Virus record (IMG/VR): IMGVR_UViG_3300033144_003713
Location: 1-56,210 of that record
DNA: 56,210 bases
From: a virus
Lineage: Duplodnaviria > Caudoviricetes
Strand: one strand, 5' to 3'
The notes under the pieces are model-generated. The model did not search any database, was not told the DNA's origin, and was given only the letters and a program-made list of their open reading frames with translations. How positions within the stretch are numbered: position 1 is the stretch's first letter; every line of letters starts with the position of its first letter. The translations under genes were made by a program, and so were the position numbers. Below, piece after piece: positions 9,088 to 18,658 of the stretch.

Positions 9088-11423
9088 TACTTGGCCCTAA
9101 TGTTGAGTGTGAAGGCACCGGTGGTGGGTGCAATCTCTACATCGTAGGTCATGTTACCCTCGGTATCTAGCCTGTAGATCGGTGCGGTGTTCACTACCTC
9201 TGTGTAACCCTGGATGAGACGCATCTCATTGGAAGGGTCAGCCACAGTTGTGGTGAGGAACACAGTCTCTCCAGGAATGTACTTCCTGTTGGTCAGTAGG
9301 ACCACAAAGTATGTGTTGGCAGGGAGATCTTCTCCGTGAATATCCTTGTCGACTAGCAGGATATCCCAGGGGAAATCCTCGAGTAGGACAGCACTACCGT
9401 CAGCATAGTGGACAGTAATGGAGTCTCTTAGCTCCTCTAGGTCGATTGAGGCTTGTTCCTTGCGGATGTAGTATCGTCCACCACCGATGACATGGTAGTA
9501 GTAGAGGGGAGCAGGTACACCCAGTTCACGCCAGCCCGCCGAGCCTGCAGCAATCGCCACTTCATCGGTGTTCGGAGGACTCGTGTAAGTGAAGGTGCTA
9601 CCAGGTACATCAAGTGTAGTCCCGTCAAGTAGGTCTGCTTGTGCTGACCCTCCGACGACGTTACCACTCTCGAGGTAGGAGAGGTCGATGACCCCGACGT
9701 GTGATTGAGCTTCAATGCCCGGAGCACTGATGTAAGCCAGGTTGACTTCGCCATTGGGTACCTCGTTCTTAATCCGGAACGCTGATCGTGTACCACATAC
9801 CCTAGCTAGCTGTGCAGCTCTGTCGATGTACTTGTTGTACGAGTCGACATATCTATACGGCCTGTCAGGGAAGTATACCGTCGGCGTTTCTACTCTAACT
9901 GATGCTGGTCCAGTGACGCCTGCGGGCCAGGTCACACTGAGCTCTTCTGAATCAACAAATGTGATGTCAGAAGTATTCAACTGTACACCAGCGACGTAGA
10001 CGTCATCCGATGCACTTAGTGTAGCACCATTTATAGCTAGGATCCGCACTGTGTTACCACCCACGAGAGGACCGTGGTCCGGGTTCATAGAGAACTCTGG
10101 GAGATTAAAATCAGTCAGTACGGTGATTTGGTCGATCGATGCAGGGCGTGTCGAGGTATTGGATGCCTGCAATGACAGAGCGAATCTAACTTGATCGGAA
10201 CCATCGCCATCTGCGGTGATACCGGTCAGGTCGATATCAGTGATATCCTCTGTGAGTGTAGTGAACGCGCCTAGGTCGTTCCAGCCAGGGTTGGACGTGT
10301 TCTGGTACTGGGCTCTTACCTTAGTTGTGCCGCCGTCGTACGGACCGATAGACTTGACAGTAGCTGATACGAACTGGATCACAGCCTGGCTATGATGAAT
10401 GGCCGGTGAATAGCCCACCTCTTCCGTGGTTACAGCTGTGTAGCCAACGTCATCACCTCTGTCGAGGTAGACGTTGCCATGGGACTGGTGGAAGTAGTCT
10501 AGATACATGAGGCCGACGCTGTCGCCGACGAACCCTACCTTGAGGTCCTTGGCCTGGCTGACAGTTGCAGACAGAGCAGAGGTACCTACATATGAGAAGC
10601 CGTCCTCTGTGAGGATGAAGATGTCGTTGCCTTGACCAGCTACTCTGACTCTCTTGAAGGAGTCGTGCCAATAGATGGGACATACGTAGTTGAAGTCCGA
10701 TGCTGATGTGTCAAGGAAGATACCCTTCTTGTTAAGGAAGAGTGTGGCTCTCACATCACCGTCATCGAAGATGATCTCAGAGGTACCCTCAGGGATCATG
10801 GCCCTGAACTCAGCTGTCCAACCTGCAGCGTTGTCAACGTTGTCTGGCCAGAAAGACTCTGACTCAGAGGTGTTCTGTTGAACGTAGTCAACCTCAGACA
10901 GAGAGTCTGACTCGAGCTTGAGCGTTCTACTACCTAGTCTTTGAGCCCTACGTCTACCTAGCAGAGTCCTACCCTGTAGACCGGTTCTCCTGATGGGAGC
11001 CTCATTGGTCTCAGCATCTAGGATAGTGGCAACGCGCGTCCTTCTGCTACGGATAGCGCTCTGTACGATCTGTGCTGTGTTGGGTCTTCTGTTGGGTCTT
11101 AGTACTAGGTTAGTTCTACGCAGGAAAGGAGGAGAGTATGGCAGCAGGCCTGAGGCCTGGTCCGAAGTGTTCGCGGGAACTGTCGTGTTATAGTCCCAGA
11201 CTCCTACCGGTGCAGACTCATCAGGGAGAGGCCTGAACTGTGAGGTCTGTGTCCACGTAGCTTCTGCCCAGTTCCTGTCAGGGTCAGGAGTACTGGTGGC
11301 TGTGCCCTTGAGCTTAAGTCTACCGTCACGGATCACCTGGTTGGTAGTCAGGGTGAAACCTCTGGCTGTGTCCTCGGAGAAGGTCTCCTTGGATACCGAC
11401 TCGTTCTGTGGTTCAAAAGCCAT
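9087..11423 (-). CDS. Baseplate/fibre protein with a lectin-like beta domain and an IPT/TIG domain (778 aa)
   Basis: SMNPDHGPLVGGNTVRI...TFVDSEELSVTWPAGVTGPASVRVETP...YRY is an IPT/TIG pattern; GWTAEFRAMI region resembles a concanavalin/LamG-like sandwich. Confidence 0.6.
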   Translation of the reverse strand: MAFEPQNESVSKETFSEDTARGFTLTTNQVIRDGRLKLKGTATSTPDPDRNWAEATWTQTSQFRPLPDESAPVGVWDYNTTVPANTSDQASGLLPYSPPFLRRTNLVLRPNRRPNTAQIVQSAIRSRRTRVATILDAETNEAPIRRTGLQGRTLLGRRRAQRLGSRTLKLESDSLSEVDYVQQNTSESESFWPDNVDNAAGWTAEFRAMIPEGTSEIIFDDGDVRATLFLNKKGIFLDTSASDFNYVCPIYWHDSFKRVRVAGQGNDIFILTEDGFSYVGTSALSATVSQAKDLKVGFVGDSVGLMYLDYFHQSHGNVYLDRGDDVGYTAVTTEEVGYSPAIHHSQAVIQFVSATVKSIGPYDGGTTKVRAQYQNTSNPGWNDLGAFTTLTEDITDIDLTGITADGDGSDQVRFALSLQASNTSTRPASIDQITVLTDFNLPEFSMNPDHGPLVGGNTVRILAINGATLSASDDVYVAGVQLNTSDITFVDSEELSVTWPAGVTGPASVRVETPTVYFPDRPYRYVDSYNKYIDRAAQLARVCGTRSAFRIKNEVPNGEVNLAYISAPGIEAQSHVGVIDLSYLESGNVVGGSAQADLLDGTTLDVPGSTFTYTSPPNTDEVAIAAGSAGWRELGVPAPLYYYHVIGGGRYYIRKEQASIDLEELRDSITVHYADGSAVLLEDFPWDILLVDKDIHGEDLPANTYFVVLLTNRKYIPGETVFLTTTVADPSNEMRLIQGYTEVVNTAPIYRLDTEGNMTYDVEIAPTTGAFTLNIRAK

Positions 11424-14400
11424 TAGTTGACATCCGGGTTAAGCAGTACTACAGGTACAGTTCTAGAAGCGTCGCCTGAAGTCAGTTCGATGTTGGACTT
11501 AGCGTCGTAGCTAACAATGATATCGCTAGTGACAGATAGTACAAGCTCGGGGTGGAAGTGTAGTTGATTAGGAGTGGACGTATCTGTCCAGACGAGTAGT
11601 GGCTCATACGACGCCTTTGCGTCGCCTATACGCTTACCTGTGTACGTTACAAGGCCTGTTGCGTAGTCAATGTAGAACTCCTTCTCAGAGAACGAGGGGT
11701 TGATCGTCTCGTGGAGGTCTACGTCATAGCTCGAGGTTCCAGCTACCTGGAGGGTAGCTGTTGCAAAGACAGGGATGTCAGTGAGCTGGATGGTGTTCTT
11801 GCCTGATACCTTAGTAGGAGTAAGGATCTCTGACGTGAACGTACCACTGATGTCGACTGGACTATCATCCTTAGCCACCTTGAGAGTGACGTTGGCATGG
11901 TTGTCGAAGTTAGGCTCGTAGAAGGTGGTGATAGCGTCACCGTTGTACAGCTCAGATGTGTGAGCGATACTGTCGATGATTCTCTGGTCTGCAGCGATAA
12001 AGGTAGCGACGACAGCTCCAGAAGGATCTGTCTTTGTTGTAGCGCTGATACCTAGGTTAGATGGCGAGCCCATCTCTGTAATACCAAGCTCACCGGTGTA
12101 TCGGCCGTTGGTCTCTGCGATTACGAGGCTGACATCCTTGTGTGCATATGGGTTACCTGTGCTATCTTCGACAATTGCGTGGAAACTCTTTCTAAGTCCC
12201 TGGGCAACCTTAATGGGGTTGGGGAAGACATCAATACCCGTTGCGGTAGGCACTGCAGGTTGTAGCGACACCTCTCTAGCAATTCCAAATGCCTCAAGTG
12301 ACCAAGCATCACCAGATACATAGTGCAGCTTGTCCGGGCCGTCGATCTTGGCCCAGGGAAGTCCGGAGAGTCTAGTAGGGACATGAGTGTCCGTGAGGGT
12401 CGTGTGACCAGCCTCAGTGACTGACGTATCCAAGTCTCGTACATCAATAGGTCCAATCGTTAGGAAGCCTGTGTGCTGAGGATTGAGGATCGGGCTGATA
12501 GCCATATCATCAATCACATAGATACCAGCGTCAGAGCTGTCCCACTCAACAGTCATCTCATCGCCGTAAGGCAGATGAGTATAACGAGGCAGGTGGTCAC
12601 CTTCATAGGCCATGAAGCCATCGAACTCTGAGCTACCAACACTGTTCACTCTGAGCTCGAACTCAACGTGAGGGCTGGTGGCGTAGTCTACTGTGCCTAG
12701 TTCAGCTACTGCAATCTGCTGATGAGGAAGACTGTATCCCTTTAGTGTGTTAGTTGTGTCTGTCTTGCAGTGGACAACGAAGCGCTGCCAGTCTGAGGTC
12801 AGGTCAGAGGTGTCAACAAACATGTCACCCATGTGCTGTTCGCTGTACGTCTCACCGTTATCATAGTATGTCTTAATCACAGGAGCCACGTGCATCGTGG
12901 ACTCCCTATGCATGTACCAGCTGAAGATCAGATCAGAGTCTAGATCTTCTCTGTACACCCTCTGTCTGAAGGCATAGTCAGAGGTGTAGTCGTATGACCC
13001 ACCAGTACTAGCGGCCAGCTGTACGTTGGTCCCTGATGCGATGTAACGTTCACCACGTAGGACAGACGTCTCTAGTGTGGCGCTCTCTGCCCAGTCCGTC
13101 TTACCATTGTAGAATGACGAGTTACGGAATAGGTTCCTAGCACCCTGCAGCTTGAGCTCACCCTTCTCTAGCTCCTGGTTCCACTGGTAGCGGTACTCCA
13201 TGGGTACGATGTCACGAGGTGCTCTGTCGTATCCGCTTGTGTCTAGCTTAAGTGTGTCATCTGTAATGACGATGGGTGCACCGCCCTGTGGGGCTGGTGT
13301 AAGGAAGAAGTCCTTGGGGTTCTCTGTGATGCCGAACTCTCTAGAGAGAGGCGTACGAATGAAGGCCTGTTGAGAAGAGTCCCAGCTCTGCTCATAACCA
13401 TAGACACGTACCGACTCAGCCACTGGCTTGGAGATCGATGCGCCTCTGTGACTAGCCCAGACACACTTACCTCTTTGGAACCACTCAACAGCAGTCGGGT
13501 CAACACATAGTGAGGTGTCAAGGATGCTGACACCCTCTACCTCCATGTTGTTGTCCAACGTAACCTTAGACCAGGTTACGTCCTTGAGTGTGTACGCTAG
13601 CTTCTCGGCGTAGAGGTAGTAGGAGGCATCGCCCACGTAAAAATAACCAGCGGCAACTTCGGGGTTCCAGCAATCGACCCCTCGCTGTAGCTGCCGTACT
13701 GCTCTGTCCACGCCAAAGATCTTGTCATCGGACAGCCAAAGGTCAGATGTAGCTCCGAGGAAGTCCGCGAAGATGTCGTAGTCATCGGCAGTCGTTGACT
13801 CGTTAGGACCTGGTGTCGGAGTTCCAGTGTCATTTCTGGGTAGGCCATCCGTGTCTTCCTCGATGATTGCAATCTCGAACCAGATAGGAAGGTTCTCTGA
13901 GATAGAGTCTAGTGATAGTCCGCCCTCAAGGATGGAGCCTGCGCTACCTGGAATAAGTCCAGGGCCAGGCTTGCCGTCTGTGGTCTGAGTTAGAAGCTCT
14001 GGATCCTCGAACGTAGAGTTAGCGTCCTGGTCAGTGAGCCTAGTCCAGTTGTCTAGGTCTTGAACGTACTCTAGTCTCTGGCCAAAATAAGTCTCCCAGT
14101 ACTTAGCCATCCATCTATTGTTGCTCCAGTAGACGTTACCATCCATTGCACTGAGAGATACAATGGATTCTTTCTCGATCGTGATTGGCTGCTCGATCGT
14201 GGTAGACGCAATGATGTTGTTGTATGCGTAATAGATAGGAGTGTCAGGGTCTACTGGGGTGTTGCCGTCGGGCCCACCTCTCCACTCCACCCACATGGCG
14301 CTCTTGTCAGAGACGATAGCTGAGTGAACGATCACAAGTTCTTTAGACTTGATGATGGCTAGTGATGCGTCAGCCCCATTAGAGGCGGTGTTGGCGATGG

Positions 14401-14818
14401 TGCCTCGGTCTGATTCGAAGAACTCAATGTCCATGTAGTCATTACTATGGACGTTGGAGTTGAGGATGCGACCATAGTCGGACTGATAGAAGATAATACC
14501 AGTCTTGAATCCAGTTAGCTCGAGGTCCTTGAGATCTACGTAGTCAACACCATCGATGTACAGACCAGACCAGGCAGCGGTGGCACCGTTGCCATCATAT
14601 ACTCTGCCTCCTGCACCTCCAGCAACTCTGATGATCAGGCGGTAGGTGTTGGAAGGGTTAAGGGTGATGACACGTGCGCCAGCGTAGTCACGCGCATCGT
14701 TGATAACGATCTCATGCGTCTCTACAAAAGCAGAAGCCCCCACATCAGTTACCAACTGATCTAGGGCTGCCTGGAGAGAGGTGTAAGTCTCATCCTTTCC
14801 AACTAGATAGATAGCCAT
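11423..14818 (-). CDS. Putative receptor-binding protein: right-handed beta-helix, CBM-like domain and Ig-like (Big_1) domain (1131 aa)
   Basis: YTSLQAALD start, GLYIDG...GIIFYQS..GRILNSNVHSN, YNNII, MDGNVYW and DANSTFEDP are pectin-lyase-like parallel beta-helix motifs. RNLFRNSSF is CBM-like; AIVEDSTGNPY...KTDPSG is Big_1-like. Confidence 0.65.
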   Translation of the reverse strand: MAIYLVGKDETYTSLQAALDQLVTDVGASAFVETHEIVINDARDYAGARVITLNPSNTYRLIIRVAGGAGGRVYDGNGATAAWSGLYIDGVDYVDLKDLELTGFKTGIIFYQSDYGRILNSNVHSNDYMDIEFFESDRGTIANTASNGADASLAIIKSKELVIVHSAIVSDKSAMWVEWRGGPDGNTPVDPDTPIYYAYNNIIASTTIEQPITIEKESIVSLSAMDGNVYWSNNRWMAKYWETYFGQRLEYVQDLDNWTRLTDQDANSTFEDPELLTQTTDGKPGPGLIPGSAGSILEGGLSLDSISENLPIWFEIAIIEEDTDGLPRNDTGTPTPGPNESTTADDYDIFADFLGATSDLWLSDDKIFGVDRAVRQLQRGVDCWNPEVAAGYFYVGDASYYLYAEKLAYTLKDVTWSKVTLDNNMEVEGVSILDTSLCVDPTAVEWFQRGKCVWASHRGASISKPVAESVRVYGYEQSWDSSQQAFIRTPLSREFGITENPKDFFLTPAPQGGAPIVITDDTLKLDTSGYDRAPRDIVPMEYRYQWNQELEKGELKLQGARNLFRNSSFYNGKTDWAESATLETSVLRGERYIASGTNVQLAASTGGSYDYTSDYAFRQRVYREDLDSDLIFSWYMHRESTMHVAPVIKTYYDNGETYSEQHMGDMFVDTSDLTSDWQRFVVHCKTDTTNTLKGYSLPHQQIAVAELGTVDYATSPHVEFELRVNSVGSSEFDGFMAYEGDHLPRYTHLPYGDEMTVEWDSSDAGIYVIDDMAISPILNPQHTGFLTIGPIDVRDLDTSVTEAGHTTLTDTHVPTRLSGLPWAKIDGPDKLHYVSGDAWSLEAFGIAREVSLQPAVPTATGIDVFPNPIKVAQGLRKSFHAIVEDSTGNPYAHKDVSLVIAETNGRYTGELGITEMGSPSNLGISATTKTDPSGAVVATFIAADQRIIDSIAHTSELYNGDAITTFYEPNFDNHANVTLKVAKDDSPVDISGTFTSEILTPTKVSGKNTIQLTDIPVFATATLQVAGTSSYDVDLHETINPSFSEKEFYIDYATGLVTYTGKRIGDAKASYEPLLVWTDTSTPNQLHFHPELVLSVTSDIIVSYDAKSNIELTSGDASRTVPVVLLNPDVN

Positions 14819-15031
14819 TTATTCTTTCCACCACTCTGTTTCGTCTGGGTCATCCAGCACAAAGCTGGCTAGACCCTTGTCTTCATCTCTAAAGTAGAAG
14901 TCGTACATGGACCATTTTCCATCAGGACTGCAACTTCTGCAAGATGCCAAACCGCCTACGAGGATATCTGTATCCAAGAATTCAGCGATTGCTTTGTCGC
15001 AGAAATTGCACTTCACTACTACTGCGGGCAT
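14819..15031 (-). CDS. Small zinc-ribbon protein (70 aa)
   Basis: CNFC and CRSC motifs; GGAG RBS; abuts both neighbours. Confidence 0.6.
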   Translation of the reverse strand: MPAVVVKCNFCDKAIAEFLDTDILVGGLASCRSCSPDGKWSMYDFYFRDEDKGLASFVLDDPDETEWWKE

Positions 15032-15033
15032 GG

Positions 15034-16464
15034 CTACTCCGTCTCGATATAACCCTCAACAGGGTCTGTTCCGTCTGGTAGATCAGCTTCGGTACTATCC
15101 TCGTTCACACGAGTCTGTCCTTCAGCCAAGGTGTCGATGATAGCAGAAGTATTCCTGATGGAAACCCTTAGATCTCTCTTGCCGCCTACCCCAGACTGGA
15201 ACTCATTTTTTCTGATGCCCTTGTAGATGAGAGTGGTACCTGTGTCAGGGTCGAGACCATTGGCTGCCTGCCACTGGTCGTATCGCGTGCCAGTCACTGG
15301 ATTCTCCCAGAAACCTAGAGGTGCATCGTACGTCATGTCCATGTGTTGGCCACCATGGAGTGCAAACGCATATGAACCATACACACTGTCGTCAGCTACT
15401 GCAGTGCCCCATGTCTGCTTAGCTACCTCAGCCAAAGACACAAAGGCCTTATCAATCTTGGTGCCCCACAAGGACCCAGTCCATGTGCGCACTCTCTCGT
15501 GAAGATCAGCATCCCAGACTGACTCAATGATGCAGTCTGTCCAACGCAGTGGGAGACCCGCTACTGCTGTGTTAGCAGCGTCCTTATGCTCTTCTAGGAT
15601 GTAGGTCTCAGGCATGCTAGCGAGCTTCTCAGCTGTCTTGCTACCCCAACCACCGGCTACCTCTACTGAGATGAGCTCGTCACCCGCAGGATTAGCCAGT
15701 GCCTCGAGGTCTACCTTGAGGGTGTCAAGGTCCTTGTCCCTACGAGATACTCTGTGCAAATAGTTATAGCTCAGGAGTACTGACTCCCCACCGTACTCAC
15801 CATCCACATAGATAGTATTAATAGCTGGGTCGTACTCGTGGTCTAGCTCTGTGCCGTCGGCAAGCTTGACCCTCAGGTCATATGACACTCGCTGTGCAGG
15901 AACGATACTACGGTTGACGGGTGTGACGAAAGCCTGCTCATCTGTGATGATCAGGTCAGTGTGTGAGACTGTGACGTAGTCGTTGCTTAGCCCTACTCTT
16001 ACGTCGGAGAACCTCAGGCCTGTGACAGGACTGTTGTTAGCCGTGATGATCAGGCCTCTGTCCTTGTAGTCTAGGTTTAGGTCTCGAGCAATTGCGTTTA
16101 GAAGACCTGCATGAGTCGGCCCACCTCGGTGAACAAAAACATCAAGTAGGCGATTGTTGTAACTGACATTTGCTTCTCCTGTGAGTCTTGGTGTGTCTAG
16201 CCTGTCGCCCCACTTGTCCAGTGCGTTGGCTGCAGGCACTTCTCTAGGGGTAGAGTAGACACCGTTGATGACAGCTGTCTGCCATACCCTATTACTACCA
16301 TCTCTGTCCACGTGACGATAGACATATTCTGTCACGTCCGGTTCTAGGAGGATGTCCGCTTCCCATGTAGTGGTGGTCGGATAAGCAGTCATGACCATCG
16401 AGTCGAGGAACTCAATGGTCTGACCTAGAAGGCGTGTACCGGTTAGTCTGTGTGTTGAGGGCAT
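15034..16464 (-). CDS. Baseplate wedge protein (gpI/gp7-like motif)
   Basis: LDKWGDRLDTPRLTGEANVSYNNRLL...GLLNAIARDL matches the LD.wG...G..R..GE.d..YR.Rl wedge motif. Confidence 0.6.
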   Translation of the reverse strand: MPSTHRLTGTRLLGQTIEFLDSMVMTAYPTTTTWEADILLEPDVTEYVYRHVDRDGSNRVWQTAVINGVYSTPREVPAANALDKWGDRLDTPRLTGEANVSYNNRLLDVFVHRGGPTHAGLLNAIARDLNLDYKDRGLIITANNSPVTGLRFSDVRVGLSNDYVTVSHTDLIITDEQAFVTPVNRSIVPAQRVSYDLRVKLADGTELDHEYDPAINTIYVDGEYGGESVLLSYNYLHRVSRRDKDLDTLKVDLEALANPAGDELISVEVAGGWGSKTAEKLASMPETYILEEHKDAANTAVAGLPLRWTDCIIESVWDADLHERVRTWTGSLWGTKIDKAFVSLAEVAKQTWGTAVADDSVYGSYAFALHGGQHMDMTYDAPLGFWENPVTGTRYDQWQAANGLDPDTGTTLIYKGIRKNEFQSGVGGKRDLRVSIRNTSAIIDTLAEGQTRVNEDSTEADLPDGTDPVEGYIETE

Positions 16465-18158
16465 TATGTCACCAGGATAGCAGAACCCGGATCCTTTCTA
16501 AAGATCACATGTCCGTCCGAGGTACGGGCGGCTGAGTCCCACAGGAGGTCTACAACGTAGTAGTCATCTCCGGTCTTCTGCATTAGTAGCTGGTCGGATC
16601 TACCTTCGACTAGTCCGATCGATAGTACCGTGCCTGTGCCATCATCTAGATAGATATCAGCCACTGATTCCAGGTAGCCGTTAGCGTCCCACCTCGAGTA
16701 AGGTGCGCATACTTTAAGTACTCTGTGTGTCTTACCTAGGTATACTTCTGTGACCACCACGTACAGCCAGTCCCTGGATGTACACATAGCTTCGTACGTC
16801 TGTGTTACACCTAGGTCAACAGGCCTGTGATAGAGTCTGACTGGTGCACCGTCTCCATAGAGATCGGCGATCTGGAATGTTGCGCACACTTCCTCTTGCC
16901 TGAGGTCTGCGTTGTACGACTCGATAAGGCCTGAGGCGATACGCCAGCCAAGACCGAAGGTCCTACCACCAACATCGACTACTGCACCTAGTACGTTCTG
17001 CTCAGTAGCAATGGTCTCCACAGTCTCTGCCGTCACTGTGGCTCTGTCAGCTGGCAGCTCCTGGAGTGTTCTCCAGTCGTAGTAGTCGTCTACCCTTACA
17101 CGTTGCTGCCTATAATATGTGATGTCGCCCCATGCTGTGCTCTCGGTTGTCTCAACCTTAGCATCTAGCAGATAGAGCATACCCTCGTCGAAGGTGTTCT
17201 CCATGAATGGGCTGGACTTGCTGCCGAGCTCTAGCTGCACACCACCGAACTCCATAACTACAGACTCACCCTCGTAGTCTTGGACTACGAGTGAGACGTC
17301 CACAGAGTGAGTGTCACTGAGAGGAGTGAATGTAACAGAGGCTCTACTCCATAGACCACCCGTGTCATCCTCAAGGAAGACGGAGGTAGAGTCTACTTCA
17401 CCGTTGCTGTACTGAGTGCCAACTAGCAGGCTCGGACCAGAGGATCTGCCAGTCACTGGGATGCTGCGTGTAGGACGCATGCCAGCGTACCATACAGTAG
17501 CTGTGTAGGTCTGTCCTGCTCTTAGAACTAGTCCGATGGACTGTGACAAGGTCACGGACTCTCCGTCGTCTACAGAGGCTCTGAAGCCGTAGTAGCCATA
17601 GAGTCCTGTGGCTCGAGTCAGGTTCCAGTCACCGGTAGATGAGACGAGGCCACTGTTCCAAGCCCATGGTCCAAGTCTCTGAGGGATGACCCTAGAGAAC
17701 CCCGGATTAAGAAGAAGGTTACGTGGCTTCTCCTGATCCCTGAGAGTGACAGGACGCGGAGTCATCCAGGCCCTGTGTGGCTCAGATAGATCTACTGTGC
17801 CTAGGAACATGTTAGCCCTAAGCTTCCTAAACTTGTGCATGAGCTCGGTTAGATGGAATCCACCCAGGCTGTTGATAACTCTTTGAGTACGTCCGCCAAC
17901 CTTAGCCTGGCCAGCATGCCAGTAGGGATACTGGTTACCAATGACCTGCGTCATGTAACCGTACGGCGTCACCGTCGGTTCCCAGGTTGTGCCACCTGCA
18001 GGCACGATCTCATAAGCGAGATCTAGACTAGCGTACTCCTCTGTACTGGCTACTACGCCAAAGCCAAAGCTCAGCGTAGAGAGCTCTTCGCCTACGACTT
18101 CATAGCCAAAGGATAGAACAGCTTCGTTTTCAGGAATACAGTCAGGAGAGGCAGACAT
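16464..18158 (-). CDS. Baseplate-associated protein with a carbohydrate-binding-like domain (564 aa)
   Basis: RNLLLNPGF...AGQTYTATVW...WSRASVTFT...GVQLELGSKSSPF is the CBM4/9-like pattern common in tail proteins. Confidence 0.6.
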   Translation of the reverse strand: MSASPDCIPENEAVLSFGYEVVGEELSTLSFGFGVVASTEEYASLDLAYEIVPAGGTTWEPTVTPYGYMTQVIGNQYPYWHAGQAKVGGRTQRVINSLGGFHLTELMHKFRKLRANMFLGTVDLSEPHRAWMTPRPVTLRDQEKPRNLLLNPGFSRVIPQRLGPWAWNSGLVSSTGDWNLTRATGLYGYYGFRASVDDGESVTLSQSIGLVLRAGQTYTATVWYAGMRPTRSIPVTGRSSGPSLLVGTQYSNGEVDSTSVFLEDDTGGLWSRASVTFTPLSDTHSVDVSLVVQDYEGESVVMEFGGVQLELGSKSSPFMENTFDEGMLYLLDAKVETTESTAWGDITYYRQQRVRVDDYYDWRTLQELPADRATVTAETVETIATEQNVLGAVVDVGGRTFGLGWRIASGLIESYNADLRQEEVCATFQIADLYGDGAPVRLYHRPVDLGVTQTYEAMCTSRDWLYVVVTEVYLGKTHRVLKVCAPYSRWDANGYLESVADIYLDDGTGTVLSIGLVEGRSDQLLMQKTGDDYYVVDLLWDSAARTSDGHVIFRKDPGSAILVT

Positions 18159-18658
18159 TATGCGTCCCTACGACCACGTAGTCTTAGTCTCCCGATTGCG
18201 GAGGCGTCAGCCGCTAGGCCTGGAGCTGCACGAGTGCGCATCCAAATAGCAATGTCAGCACCTGCGGTGAAGTCACTGGTGTCTGCGTTGAGTGGAATCC
18301 TGTCTTCCAGGGCTACAGCTGTGAAGAAGTCTGAGGTTTCATAGCCTGTTGGCATAGAGTAGGGATCAACCGTAACATCATCCGCCGACCTCTCTCTAGC
18401 AAAGGTGACCTGGTCTGGGTACTCGAGATCATCGAAGTAAACCTCTGGCTCCAATACGTCTACCGCTTCATCATTCTGAAGGTAGATCTTACGGAAGTAA
18501 TAGTTCGTTGAACCAGGCTCCTGCTGAGAGGTTATTCCAAAGAAGCTGCCTGCAGCAACTGTCTGGTCACCGGTGCCGGACACTGATCCCATGAGAGAGC
18601 CCTTAGCGCCACCGAGCGCTAGGTCAGCAGGGTCATAAAACTTAATATCAAGGGACAT
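18158..18658 (-). CDS. Beta-rich structural protein (166 aa)
   Basis: YFRKIYLQN...AIWMR pattern; TAATG-coupled at both ends; follows the J-like gene. Confidence 0.55.
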   Translation of the reverse strand: MSLDIKFYDPADLALGGAKGSLMGSVSGTGDQTVAAGSFFGITSQQEPGSTNYYFRKIYLQNDEAVDVLEPEVYFDDLEYPDQVTFARERSADDVTVDPYSMPTGYETSDFFTAVALEDRIPLNADTSDFTAGADIAIWMRTRAAPGLAADASAIGRLRLRGRRDA

